Source: an uncultured Candidatus Saccharibacteria bacterium (lineage in GTDB: Bacteria; Patescibacteriota; CALEFQ01). From it: a DNA stretch of 64,000 bases. Below the pieces are notes generated by a model that was not told the origin of the DNA, did not search any database, and worked only from the letters and a program-made list of their open reading frames with translations. The stretch spans positions 33,184 to 97,183 of the forward strand of contig OZ246404.1 of the NCBI GenBank assembly GCA_965230955.1. Direction: 5' to 3'. A program made the translations under genes and the position numbers. Shown here piece after piece: positions 40,079 to 49,802 of this stretch (the stretch's first letter is position 1; each line of letters begins with the position of its first letter).

Positions 40079-40127
40079 ATGAACAAGGTATCCTAATGGA
40101 GAATGCTGAAATAGTCAAGCGCCGAAG

Positions 40128-40187
40128 CAGGTAACAAGTAACAGGTAACAAATTGGAAAGACTTTTCCTTTTTGATACCTGTTACTT
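40128..40187. repeat. GTAACAR inverted heptamer array
   Basis: Same family as 15414-15496. Confidence 0.7.
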
Positions 40188-40263
40188 AAATTATAACCTG
40201 GCCAGGATATAGTTTTTATGCTATAATAATAAAGTTGTTTAATTAACACTAAAAACAAAACAA

Positions 40264-40830
40264 ATGGAACTTGATGATGTCTTCCATCTTAGTCCCAGCT
40301 CAGTGATCCTACGCGGGATTATTGCCATCTTGTTTGGCATCCTGTTTATGGTCTGGCCGGGAATTACCCTGGAAGTTATCGTTCTCCTGTGTGCGGCTTT
40401 TGCTTTGATCGATGGTGTGATCATTGTGATCATGGCTTTTGCGGCCAAGCGACATTGGGCCAAGATGGTCCCGCTAGGAATAGTCGGAATTATATTAGGT
40501 ATTTTGATTCTGGTCTGGCCGGGCATGTCGATTCTGGTTTTGATCATGCTCGTTGCCGCTTGGGCGATCATTTCCGGTTTGGGCCAGTTGATCTCGGTCT
40601 GGGCCGTTAAAATTTTGTCGAACGGTGCCAAGTGGCTCTATGCCATCTCGGGAATTCTTTCAATCATTCTCGGGGTAATCCTGTTTGTCTATCCGGTAGC
40701 CACGACCATGATTTTCATCTGGATTTTTGGCCTCTATGCGGTGGTCTTTGGTATCGTGATGCTGATGTCCGGCATCTGGATGAACAGTTTGATGAAAAAG
40801 AGCGGTTCATCTATGACTAAAACGGCGTAA
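40264..40830 (+). CDS. HdeD/DUF308 family membrane protein
   Basis: LRGIIAILFG..WPG repeats. Confidence 0.88.
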   Translation: MELDDVFHLSPSSVILRGIIAILFGILFMVWPGITLEVIVLLCAAFALIDGVIIVIMAFAAKRHWAKMVPLGIVGIILGILILVWPGMSILVLIMLVAAWAIISGLGQLISVWAVKILSNGAKWLYAISGILSIILGVILFVYPVATTMIFIWIFGLYAVVFGIVMLMSGIWMNSLMKKSGSSMTKTA

Positions 40831-40911
40831 GATATAGCGAGTAAAAAAGCAGCTGCGTCGAACAGCTGCTTTTTGTTTGTATCAAATCTATTTGCCCGGA
40901 CTTTTATTTTG

Positions 40912-41574
40912 CTAATCTTTTTGTTTGAATATTTTTTGGGAAACACCGATGGCCGGGTGGGTTTGCCAATTAAAAGTATAGGAGAGCATTCGGATAGCTA
41001 CCGAGACGGCGATGCCGGTAATAGCGGCTATCTGGGCGGGCAGCCCGGTCCAAATGCTAAGGGCAAAGAAAATAATAATTCCGGCCAGGGCGGCGGTGAT
41101 ATAGTATTGTCCGGGTTTAAGAAGCAGAGGTTCATTTTTGGTGAAAATATCGCGCAGAAATCCGCCGCTGACGGCGCCGATCAGGCCGATAAATATGGCG
41201 GCTAGAATGTTTAAATCAGCGCTAATCGCCATTTGGGCGGAAATAATCCCGAATATTCCGAGGCCGAGTGCGTCAATTACGACAAATAGAGTGGTGATTT
41301 TTTTTATGTAATTTACAAAAAATATAGTGATTATCGAGGCGGCAAGAATAGCGACAAGATACGGCCATTCCTCTATCATGACGGGAACTTTGGCTAGAAA
41401 AACTCCGTCGCGGATGATGGCGCCGCTGGCACCGGTGATAAAAGCCATCATGAATACGCCGGCAAAATCATATTTCCTTTCCATGGCGCTGATGGCGCCG
41501 GTAATCGCCAGTAGAAAGACAGCGAATACTTGTAAGAGAAAAGGGAGTTCAAATTGGCCTTGTAGGATTTCCAT
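40912..41574 (-). CDS. TRIC channel family (UPF0126) protein
   Basis: AITGA, GAIIRD, DALGLG, GGFLRD. Confidence 0.88.
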   Translation of the reverse strand: MEILQGQFELPFLLQVFAVFLLAITGAISAMERKYDFAGVFMMAFITGASGAIIRDGVFLAKVPVMIEEWPYLVAILAASIITIFFVNYIKKITTLFVVIDALGLGIFGIISAQMAISADLNILAAIFIGLIGAVSGGFLRDIFTKNEPLLLKPGQYYITAALAGIIIFFALSIWTGLPAQIAAITGIAVSVAIRMLSYTFNWQTHPAIGVSQKIFKQKD

Positions 41575-41723
41575 AGCTATGAGATTAATTATCACCTATT
41601 ATTTTAGCAAAAAACAGTCCATTATTCTATCATTTGCGGGTCGATATTTTAGTTTTATTATTTTTGTGCTATAATATATAAACATAGTTAAAATCTGCCG
41701 GAGGGGCGGAAACTAAAAAACAA

Positions 41724-44033
41724 ATGAAAAAGGTAACTTTTTGGGCGGCCTTGGCTGTTGCTACCATAGCAATTTTTGCTTTTGGTGCAGGCAATGCGCA
41801 TGCCCTGACCTGGGAGCAGATTAACATCAGCGGATTTGCTAGTACCACCCAGCGGCTGATTCTAGCCCCTACGACACAGTGGGGCGATTACCTCTACGCC
41901 GGCACTGGTGGCACGACTGCTGATGGCAATCCGGCCAATGTCTGGCGTACCAGCAACGGAACGGACTGGACTCAAGTCACCACCAATGGATTTGGCGATG
42001 CCAACAACAATTGGGTAGGTGGCATAATCATCTTCCGAGGTGATCTTTATGTGAAAGTTAATAATCTTATCACCGGCGTGGAAATTTGGCGCACCCGCAA
42101 TGGCACCAGTTGGGAACAGGTTAATAGTGACGGTTTTGGATCAGCTACCAATAATGGCGAGAGTTTCGGGATGGAAGTATTTAATGACAAATTATATGTT
42201 ACCACCGCAGCTTTTGGCGGAGGCTCTGCGGGGCTTTGGCATACCGAAAACGGGACCACTTGGGTGCAAGATGATATTTCAGAAATAACAGGAGCCGGGA
42301 ATCTGAATATTTATTGTCTTTTAAATTACAATGGAACTCTCTATGGCGGAACTTATCGAAACTCAGGCGCACAGATTTGGAAATCAACAGATGGCTCGAC
42401 TTGGACGAGCTTAATGACAGATGGTTTTGGTGATAGCAATAATGATGCTATTCTGCCAATTTTCCATTTCAAAGACTATTTCTATTCTCTAGTTTTCAAT
42501 TCAGTGACTGGTGTGGAAGTCTGGCGCTCAGTCGATGCCGTGACCTGGGCACGGGCTAATAGTGATGGATTTGGCGCCACAGGTACTGATTTCCCTTCGC
42601 CTTTTCCGGCTGCAGCTAAGGGGACGCTATATGTTGGTCTGCGTAACATGACTAATGGGGCTCCGATTATGCGCTCAACTGATGGTTTAAATTGGGAGAC
42701 GGAGCTGGCTGCCGGCGGCGGTAATATCAAAAATCAAGCGTCTTATAGTATAACTTTTTTTCAGGGACGCCTCTATGTTGGTTTTAGTACTTTTAGTGCT
42801 GGAACTAACTATGCTCAGATCTGGCGTTCGGAAGAAATTCCTACGTTAGAGATTGATAATTCTTCTTTGGATGAAGCGTTTGTGGGGCAGGACTATAGTC
42901 AGACGCTGACGACTAAAAATGGGACAGAGCCCTATACTTGGGAAATATCAGCCGGTACTTTACCAGCAGGATTGACCCTGGATAGTAGCACTGGCGTAAT
43001 TTCCGGCAAGCCAGAGGGAGTCGGATCAGAGGAAATTACTGTCAGGGTAACTGATGGCGGTATGCCGGCACAGACGGCAGAAAAAACATTTTCAATATTC
43101 CCAAGTTCAATTATCACTGGCACAGGTATTGGCAGTAAAGCGCATGTGCGGGTATTGACGCCTGCCGGTGCGGTGGAATCTCAGCCTCGTTCTCTTTTCG
43201 CGTATAGTCCCTCTTATCGTAGCGGTGTCAATATCGCTTCCGGGGACGTTAATGGTGATGGGCTGGATGAAATAATCACAGCTCCTCGTATCGGAGGAGC
43301 TCCTTGGGTACGTGTATTTTCTAAAGAAGGACGGGCGATTGGCGCTGGTTTAAAACCTTACAACAATGACATGACGGCAGGCATTGATGTAGCCGCGGCG
43401 GATGTAAACGGTGACGGTAAAGACGAAATAATTGTTGTGCCAGAGATGGCGGAAAAGACCACCGTAAAAGTTTACCAATATAATGCGGCTAAGGCCAAGA
43501 TAGGACAGTGGAATGCTTTCGGTAGCGTTTATTGCGGCGCGCACGTGGCCGCCGGTGATTTGGACGGTGATCAAAAAGCGGAAGTAATTGTTAGTGCGAA
43601 TTCTGGCAATGTTCCGGCTGTGCGTGTTTATCGCTATGATGGTAAGTCCAAAGGTACGACCTATATGGCTTTTGAAAAAACTTATCAAGGTGGTGTAGAT
43701 GTGGCGGCGGGCGATGTGAATGGTGATGGCAAAGCGGAGCTCGGTGTTAGTAAGCTGCTCGGACAATCGGTGACCAAGGTAGTCAAATGGAATAAAACAT
43801 TCACCGCCATCGGACGTTGGGATAGTTATCCTAGATCAGCAATTGGCGCACGTTTGGCGATGGGCGATATTGATCGAGATAGTCTGGCGGAAGTCGTGAC
43901 TATGGCGAACTACGGCGGAAGTCCGCAAGTGCGCGGCTACGAAGCAACCGGCAAGTTTATCACCACGACCAATTTCTTTGCCTATGCAAAAACGCTACAT
44001 AATGGTGGTGACATCGCAATCGGAGATTTCTAA
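41724..44033 (+). CDS. secreted surface protein: propeller repeats, Ig domain, FG-GAP repeats
   Basis: Signal peptide; W..V..DGFG repeats; LPAGLTLD..TGVISG; GDVNGDG repeats. Confidence 0.85.
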   Translation: MKKVTFWAALAVATIAIFAFGAGNAHALTWEQINISGFASTTQRLILAPTTQWGDYLYAGTGGTTADGNPANVWRTSNGTDWTQVTTNGFGDANNNWVGGIIIFRGDLYVKVNNLITGVEIWRTRNGTSWEQVNSDGFGSATNNGESFGMEVFNDKLYVTTAAFGGGSAGLWHTENGTTWVQDDISEITGAGNLNIYCLLNYNGTLYGGTYRNSGAQIWKSTDGSTWTSLMTDGFGDSNNDAILPIFHFKDYFYSLVFNSVTGVEVWRSVDAVTWARANSDGFGATGTDFPSPFPAAAKGTLYVGLRNMTNGAPIMRSTDGLNWETELAAGGGNIKNQASYSITFFQGRLYVGFSTFSAGTNYAQIWRSEEIPTLEIDNSSLDEAFVGQDYSQTLTTKNGTEPYTWEISAGTLPAGLTLDSSTGVISGKPEGVGSEEITVRVTDGGMPAQTAEKTFSIFPSSIITGTGIGSKAHVRVLTPAGAVESQPRSLFAYSPSYRSGVNIASGDVNGDGLDEIITAPRIGGAPWVRVFSKEGRAIGAGLKPYNNDMTAGIDVAAADVNGDGKDEIIVVPEMAEKTTVKVYQYNAAKAKIGQWNAFGSVYCGAHVAAGDLDGDQKAEVIVSANSGNVPAVRVYRYDGKSKGTTYMAFEKTYQGGVDVAAGDVNGDGKAELGVSKLLGQSVTKVVKWNKTFTAIGRWDSYPRSAIGARLAMGDIDRDSLAEVVTMANYGGSPQVRGYEATGKFITTTNFFAYAKTLHNGGDIAIGDF

Positions 44034-44206
44034 CTAGGCATATCAGTGATAGATAGAAAAATCGCTTTGCTGACTCGGCGGGCGGTTTTTCTCATAACAA
44101 AAAAACCGCTATCCTTCGATTTGGCGGAGCGGTATTTTTACTGGCCTGCCAAACGACCTTAGGTCATTGTCGGCCGAAGCCATGAGCGTTAGCGATTGGC
44201 GTAGGT

Positions 44207-44280
44207 TGGAGCGGGTAACGGGATTCGAACCCGTGTGTCTAGCTTGGAAGGCTAGCGCACTACCACTGTGCTATACCCGC
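44207..44280 (-). tRNA. tRNA-Gly(TCC)
   Basis: CTAGC-CTTCCAA-GCTAG anticodon arm, GGTTCGAATCC, CCA. Confidence 0.95.
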
Positions 44281-44430
44281 GGAATAAGTAAAAAGTCAAA
44301 AATCAAAAGTCAAAAGCAGCGGGAAATGACATTGACAGTAAATAGAATAGCATAACAGACGAGTCTGGCAAGATGAAAAAACGCCTGCCGATATGGTGGT
44401 CAGCAGGCGTCGTGTCGTTTGCGATGATTT

Positions 44431-45003
44431 TCAATGGTGCCAAGTAAAAGGCAGAAATGTTGCCAGTTCCTGGAGCTGTATTACCTCGAAATGCTGTAGA
44501 TGAGTCATGCATGGTGTTTCTGTTGAGTAACCCCAGAAGGTGATCCCGAACTGGTATTGTTCGGACCATGGGCTAGTGTACGCCGGACGATTTCGCTCAT
44601 GCCAGTTGTAAAGATCTCTGCCGCAGAACGAAACTCGCAAGTTAGGATCGCCTTCTTCCAGAAGTTCCTTAATTCTGGCCGGAATGACCAAGGGAATCAG
44701 TGTCCATTCCGATCTTTGTTCTGCTGGGATCTGAGACTCGATCGTCTCGACCGCTTCGCGAAATATGAATATCAGCGGTTTGGAGTAGATCGGACGCAGG
44801 CGGCTTTGCGGATCAGCCAACGTTAGGGGCAAGGCCTTGGCCAGAGGCGGAGTCGCGGCTACAAGATCCAGAAACCCTTGTTCATCCAGACGATCCGGCA
44901 GGGTCAATGGCGCATAGAGCGATTTGATTTCCTGAAAGATTTGTAATACCCATGGCAAATCGCAGGAAGCAATTGCCAGGGTGACCTGGTGGTTTTCAGA
45001 CAT
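44431..45003 (-). CDS. orphan hypothetical protein
   Basis: AGGAGGAGG SD; own consensus promoter. Confidence 0.7.
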   Translation of the reverse strand: MSENHQVTLAIASCDLPWVLQIFQEIKSLYAPLTLPDRLDEQGFLDLVAATPPLAKALPLTLADPQSRLRPIYSKPLIFIFREAVETIESQIPAEQRSEWTLIPLVIPARIKELLEEGDPNLRVSFCGRDLYNWHERNRPAYTSPWSEQYQFGITFWGYSTETPCMTHLQHFEVIQLQELATFLPFTWHH

Positions 45004-45059
45004 TCAGTATCCTCCTCCTAAGTAGTTGTCTAAGAACATCAGCAAACGACACGGCCTAC

Positions 45060-45088
45060 ATTATAGGCTATGTAATCGTTCTTGTCAA
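45060..45088 (-). promoter_or_regulatory. perfect sigma70 promoter
   Basis: TTGACA-17-TATAAT. Confidence 0.85.
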
Positions 45089-45119
45089 TCCAAAATAAAA
45101 CCGCCAAAGGAGTTGGCGG

Positions 45120-45416
45120 TTAGCTGGGGAAAATGATGAAGAAGTAATCCGTTCCATCGAAAACCTCGGTGAGATAAATTTTCGGTTCAGCCCAGAAATA
45201 TACGCTGATTCGGAAATCATCGCAAGTTTTTACCGGTGAACCAAAGTAATGGTCAAGATTTTGGAATACTTGTTCCCATTGCTCTTTTTGACCTTCCAGA
45301 AAATGAGCGGATACTTGGTCGGCCGGAAGATCTCCGATGAATCCGGTGACTTTCCGTAGCCGGAAGATGGTTGCGAATGATTGCTCGATCATTTGCAATA
45401 ATTGCTGGTCTCTCAT
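45120..45416 (-). CDS. orphan hypothetical protein
   Basis: AAGGAGGAAGG SD before ATG 45416; TTGACT-17-TATGGT. Confidence 0.65.
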   Translation of the reverse strand: MRDQQLLQMIEQSFATIFRLRKVTGFIGDLPADQVSAHFLEGQKEQWEQVFQNLDHYFGSPVKTCDDFRISVYFWAEPKIYLTEVFDGTDYFFIIFPS

Positions 45417-45592
45417 AATACCTTCCTCCTTTCGACCAAACACCATATCATATTGTAAGGGGAAAGTCAATAGGGGGCAATAACGAAGATCATTCACGGG
45501 TTTCGAACTATCATATTCGTAATGCTTCTTTCGTGATTTTTCGTGGATTTTATATAAACACCGTCAGCGGACGGTGTTTTACTTTGGGGAAA

Positions 45593-46573
45593 CTATTTCA
45601 AGAGCCATGTTGCGATGGTGAAATAGATGGTGATACTGATGACATTTTGTAAAATGGTGGCGATCGGTCCGCTGGCGTTGGCCGGATCAAGTTTTAACTT
45701 TCGACAGATGAAAGGAATCAATAAGCCGGTCAGGACCGAAGAATTGATGGCGATGAAAAGGGCCAAAGCCAGGACGCTAGTGATAGCGATATTTTGATAG
45801 ATGATAAATCCAACGGCGAAAAAGGCGGCACTGGCTAGGATGGCGATCAACAATACTATTGAGTATTGGCGCCAGAAGTATTTGGCAAAATTGATTTTTT
45901 GGTGTACCGCGAAATCGCGTACGGCGAAGGCTTCCATCTGGGTTCCCACCGCATCGCTCATGTATACGATCAAGGGGATGAAAGCGGCCAGAATCAGGTT
46001 TTCTTCCAGAGTAATTTTGAAACCTTCGATTAATTCGGCAACCAAAATACCGCCGACCAGCCCGATCAATAGCCACGGTAGGCGATGCCAGAGTGATTTG
46101 CCGACTGAAATTTTGAAAATATCGTCGTAAGTGGCCTGTACGGGGTGGATACCGGCGAGGCGTAAGATATCTTCGCGTCCTTCGCGCTCGAGGGTGCCAA
46201 GCAGTGTATCGGGTAAAATTGCGCCTAAAAATTTGCCGTCGGTGTCGATCACCGGTAAGTGATGGAGCCGATTGGTGACCGCCAAATGAGCGACAAACTC
46301 TTGGCTATCATCAGGTTTGACTGATAGCAATGGATGATCCATTAATATTTCAGCGACAGATTTTTCGGCCGGATGGCGATAGAGATCCTTGATGGATAGT
46401 ACGTTGACCAAATGACGGCTGTCGTCAACGACATAAATAAAACTGATCGATTCGAATTTCCCGATATTTTGCTGGAGATGCCGGGTGACGGTACCGACCT
46501 GTTCGGTCGGTGAGATGATCGGAATCCGATCGGTCATGATCTCTCGCGCGAGAGGTTTTTTGTTTCGGGACAT
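45593..46573 (-). CDS. mgtE: MgtE magnesium transporter (CBS pair plus TM)
   Basis: RLPWLL, AFIPLI, GTQ, DPANASGP. Confidence 0.9.
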   Translation of the reverse strand: MSRNKKPLAREIMTDRIPIISPTEQVGTVTRHLQQNIGKFESISFIYVVDDSRHLVNVLSIKDLYRHPAEKSVAEILMDHPLLSVKPDDSQEFVAHLAVTNRLHHLPVIDTDGKFLGAILPDTLLGTLEREGREDILRLAGIHPVQATYDDIFKISVGKSLWHRLPWLLIGLVGGILVAELIEGFKITLEENLILAAFIPLIVYMSDAVGTQMEAFAVRDFAVHQKINFAKYFWRQYSIVLLIAILASAAFFAVGFIIYQNIAITSVLALALFIAINSSVLTGLLIPFICRKLKLDPANASGPIATILQNVISITIYFTIATWLLK

Positions 46574-46737
46574 AAAATAATTAATAATTCAGAATTCAAA
46601 ATGCAAAATCATTTTTTACGCTACCGGGATAATCAAATTTGAAACAGATATAGGCAAAATTGGGTGGAAAAAGGGAGGGGCAAGCCTGAAGGCTCACGAC
46701 CTTGCTTGCGCAAGCCCCGTGGTCGTTTTTTTTCGAA

Positions 46738-46989
46738 TCAGCGAAAACGATAATAAAGACGAGCACCGGCTTCGACAATCAGAGTGAAACCAAGCAGAGA
46801 TATAAGACAGTAAGTGATGAAGCCAGACACCATTCCATGCGTGATTTGCCAATGAATTCCCCCTATCACCAATATTGCCGAGATCAGCAACACAAGTGCC
46901 GGCGGATACATGACTATCTCATGTATAGGTATCCATTTATCCAAGCATTTCTCCAAGAATCCCTTCTGAAGTTCCATGGCTTCTTTCAT
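46738..46989 (-). CDS. 83-aa 2-TM protein (unit 3)
   Basis: AGGAGGG SD; same slot as 48709-48972. Confidence 0.65.
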   Translation of the reverse strand: MKEAMELQKGFLEKCLDKWIPIHEIVMYPPALVLLISAILVIGGIHWQITHGMVSGFITYCLISLLGFTLIVEAGARLYYRFR

Positions 46990-47038
46990 AATTCCCTCCT
47001 ACGGGTTGGGGTTGACTCTTAAAAGTAAGGAACAAATA

Positions 47039-47083
47039 TTGATATCTCCAAAAAGATCTGGACGAATTCAAGCGAATCTTTTA
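47039..47083 (+). pseudogene. truncated, frameshifted copy of the MDISKKDLDEFKRIF gene
   Basis: ATG to TTG, A6 to A5, homology ends near 47083. Confidence 0.75.
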
Positions 47084-47089
47084 ATCGTA

Positions 47090-47350
47090 TTATAGGATCG
47101 GTTTGCCATACTTAATTAAATTTTCTTTCTTCTCTCGTCGCCAGTCTTTAATCTGATTCTCGCGCAATTTTGCCTTCGTGAATTCAGGCCAAACTTCAAA
47201 ATAAACTAGTTTCACGGGTCTTCTATTCTTAGTATACAAACATCCGTTACCAGATCGATGCTCTCTTACTCGTTTTTTAAAACTCGAAGTAAAGCCGGCA
47301 TAAAGTTCGTTGTTCTTACATTTCAGAATGTAAACAAAATATCTCTTCAT
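47090..47350 (-). CDS. GIY-YIG nuclease
   Basis: YFVYILKC..LYAG, RVREH, YTKNRRP, RENQIK. Confidence 0.9.
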   Translation of the reverse strand: MKRYFVYILKCKNNELYAGFTSSFKKRVREHRSGNGCLYTKNRRPVKLVYFEVWPEFTKAKLRENQIKDWRREKKENLIKYGKPIL

Positions 47351-47701
47351 ACCCTCCTCGCGATTTAACACTTGCCCTTCGATTCGCCCTTCACCTCGTT
47401 CAGGGCTCTCTCATGGCAGCACTCTCCAAGCTCGGATTAAGGCTAACTGAATAAGCAGCAGCCCCAGCCCGAGCTTGTCGAGGGCTGGTCGGCCACAGTG
47501 AACGATGTTCTGAACTTTTTTATGAATTGCGAGGGCAATTTCCATATCCCAATACTGCCCCCGGAATCTGTAAAAAAGGAACTATTGGTGGCCGCAGAAT
47601 CATGATATCAGGTGTGAAATAACTATCAATGAAGATTTTGTGTGAAAGCACAAAATCTGGTGGAAATTTCAATCAATGCTTATCCCGCTAACTTCACAAC
47701 T

Positions 47702-47851
47702 ATGGATATCTCCAAAAAAGATCTAGATGAATTCAAGCGAATCTTTAAGAAAGATTATGGCGAAGAGCTATCGGACGAGGAAGCGTACAGAATTGCTTGC
47801 AAGCTGATTACACTGTTTAAGGCCATTTATAGGCCGATACCAAGGGATTAG
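47702..47851 (+). CDS. conserved 49-aa element protein (unit 2)
   Basis: MDISKKDLDEFKRIFKKDYGEELSDEEAYRIACKLITLFKAIYRPIPRD; paralog at 49019. Confidence 0.8.
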   Translation: MDISKKDLDEFKRIFKKDYGEELSDEEAYRIACKLITLFKAIYRPIPRD

Positions 47852-48414
47852 GAAATCAATGCAGAAACATCGTGTAAAAGAAGCAGCGGATCACCATAAT
47901 TTAGAAAAAAATCCTTTTCTCGTAAGTTTTCTCTGAAGATTCTCTTTCCTTGCAAGGCTGGTGTGATAGCTAATCCTTTCCATTCAGCTTTGTGCTTTGG
48001 TTCTCGAACATCAAACTTGAATTTATTGCCGTGAAAACCACCATTTCTAATATGATAAAAGAATTCTAGCACAGGATCTCTGGGCCGTGTTCCCAAGAGA
48101 TTATTAATCCTCAATACTTCCCAGCAATGTCCTAATAACACTTGGGATTGCCTACTCAGTATACTAATATGATCATACGAGCCATCAATAATAGGTTTTA
48201 TGGCATTTCTTACAGAAAAACTAAATTGCGAGCCATTTCCATCTGGCATTAAAGGAGTTGATTTGAGCGCCATTCTGTCATTTATTCCTCTACTGATGAT
48301 GTTTTCAAACTCAGACGGCTTCACAACTTGCCAACAAGTAACACTTGCCATGACTTTAGTATGATCTTTGACAAAAGGCTCAATTAAATAGTGGTATTTG
48401 AGGTCGAAATGCAT
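47848..48414 (-). CDS. hypothetical protein with HEPN-like R-X4-H motif (unit 2 cargo)
   Basis: HIRNGGFHG; AT-rich. Confidence 0.6.
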   Translation of the reverse strand: MHFDLKYHYLIEPFVKDHTKVMASVTCWQVVKPSEFENIISRGINDRMALKSTPLMPDGNGSQFSFSVRNAIKPIIDGSYDHISILSRQSQVLLGHCWEVLRINNLLGTRPRDPVLEFFYHIRNGGFHGNKFKFDVREPKHKAEWKGLAITPALQGKRIFRENLREKDFFLNYGDPLLLLHDVSALIS

Positions 48415-48708
48415 TATTTGTCAAATATATTTTTGTGTGAATACACAAAACGTGGTCGGCCACCCTGAACGTTATCCGAACCTTTTTTGAGGGTGTTGAG
48501 GGTGATTTTCGTATTCCGGAACTGCCCTCGAAGCCAGTAAGAATGAGCTCCGGCGGCTACAAGGTAATGGTATCAGGTGTGCAATAACTATCAATAAAGA
48601 TTTTGTGTGAAAGCACAAAATCGGGTGGAAAAAGGGAGGGGGCAAGCCGGTTGGCTAACGACCTTGCTTTCGCAAGCCCCTCGGTCGTTTATCAGTCTGT
48701 AAGGATCG

Positions 48709-48972
48709 CTACGATTTTTCTTCGTTTGGAGGTTTTAGTCCGCCAAGTTTCATCCATAGTTTTGTTGGGACCTCTCTATCTACCCACAAAACTATCACCA
48801 GTAACCATACACCAAACACGATACAAAGAATCACGGTTGACAAGAAGATACTGATGATGAATAACGGTCCAGATAGAGTGTTAGCAAATGCGAAACCCCC
48901 AATGCCAACTGCAATAGCAACCAGACTGATCACGCTCAGATTCACAAAGAACAGAACCACTCTCGTTTTCAT
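48709..48972 (-). CDS. 87-aa 2-TM protein (unit 1)
   Basis: AGGAGGG SD; two long hydrophobic helices. Confidence 0.65.
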   Translation of the reverse strand: MKTRVVLFFVNLSVISLVAIAVGIGGFAFANTLSGPLFIISIFLSTVILCIVFGVWLLVIVLWVDREVPTKLWMKLGGLKPPNEEKS

Positions 48973-49018
48973 ACATCCCTCCTGTGGTTGGATGAACTAT
49001 TACCAATAATGAACAAAT

Positions 49019-49177
49019 ATGGATATCTCCAAAAAAGATCTAGATGAATTCAAGCGAATCTTTAAACAAGATTACGGCGAGGAACTATCAGACGAGGAGG
49101 CGTATCGGATCGCTTGCAAGCTGATTACGCTGTTCAAGGCCATTTATCGGCCGATACCGAAGGATAAAAATGAATAA
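49019..49177 (+). CDS. conserved 52-aa element protein (unit 1; not in ORF track)
   Basis: MDISKKDLDEFKRIFKQDYGEELSDEEAYRIACKLITLFKAIYRPIPKDKNE. Confidence 0.8.
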   Translation: MDISKKDLDEFKRIFKQDYGEELSDEEAYRIACKLITLFKAIYRPIPKDKNE

Positions 49178-49240
49178 TCATATCCGGATATCAATTATAG
49201 GGCTCTCTATTTCCCGGGATATGTTATTGGCTAATACAAA

Positions 49241-49684
49241 TTACTTAACTGCATATTTAGAGTCCAAAATATCATGTGGCTCGGTAAAACGAAGATAGTA
49301 TCCGAAAGGATCTCTCGCCTGGAAATCCTTTAGTCCCCAAGGCTGTTTGATTAACGGCTCTACTACGTTAGCACTGTCTTTAACCTTTTCATAAAAAGCT
49401 TCAATATTCTCTACCATCAAGATGACTTCCACCCCGATTCCCCGAGGAATTTCTTTTCGATATTCCTTGAAAATGGGATGTTGATATACCTTTTCATTGC
49501 CGGCCCAGAAACAGAGAATATTATCAGACATACGCAGGACTAAGTATCCTTTAAAGTCTTCCGGTTTTCGCTCCCAAACAATATCGAAGCCCAACTTCAG
49601 ATAATATTCTTTCACCTTTTGAAAATCAGGGACATGCAGTTCAATCAAGACCTTATTTCGAATGTGGCGCGAAAAATCTTTCAT
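49241..49684 (-). CDS. VOC/glyoxalase/bleomycin-resistance family protein (unit 1 cargo)
   Basis: ELHVPD..YY.KLGF, QPWGLKDF..RDPFGYYLRF. Confidence 0.88.
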   Translation of the reverse strand: MKDFSRHIRNKVLIELHVPDFQKVKEYYLKLGFDIVWERKPEDFKGYLVLRMSDNILCFWAGNEKVYQHPIFKEYRKEIPRGIGVEVILMVENIEAFYEKVKDSANVVEPLIKQPWGLKDFQARDPFGYYLRFTEPHDILDSKYAVK

Positions 49685-49802
49685 AAATGATTTTGAGGAC
49701 GATACTCATCTGGTGGTTTTGTCCACAGAGATTTTGGCTTATTATAGCCGGTTTTTAGTAATTATTGACCATTTTTTGTGTGATCACACAAAAAATAGCT
49801 TG

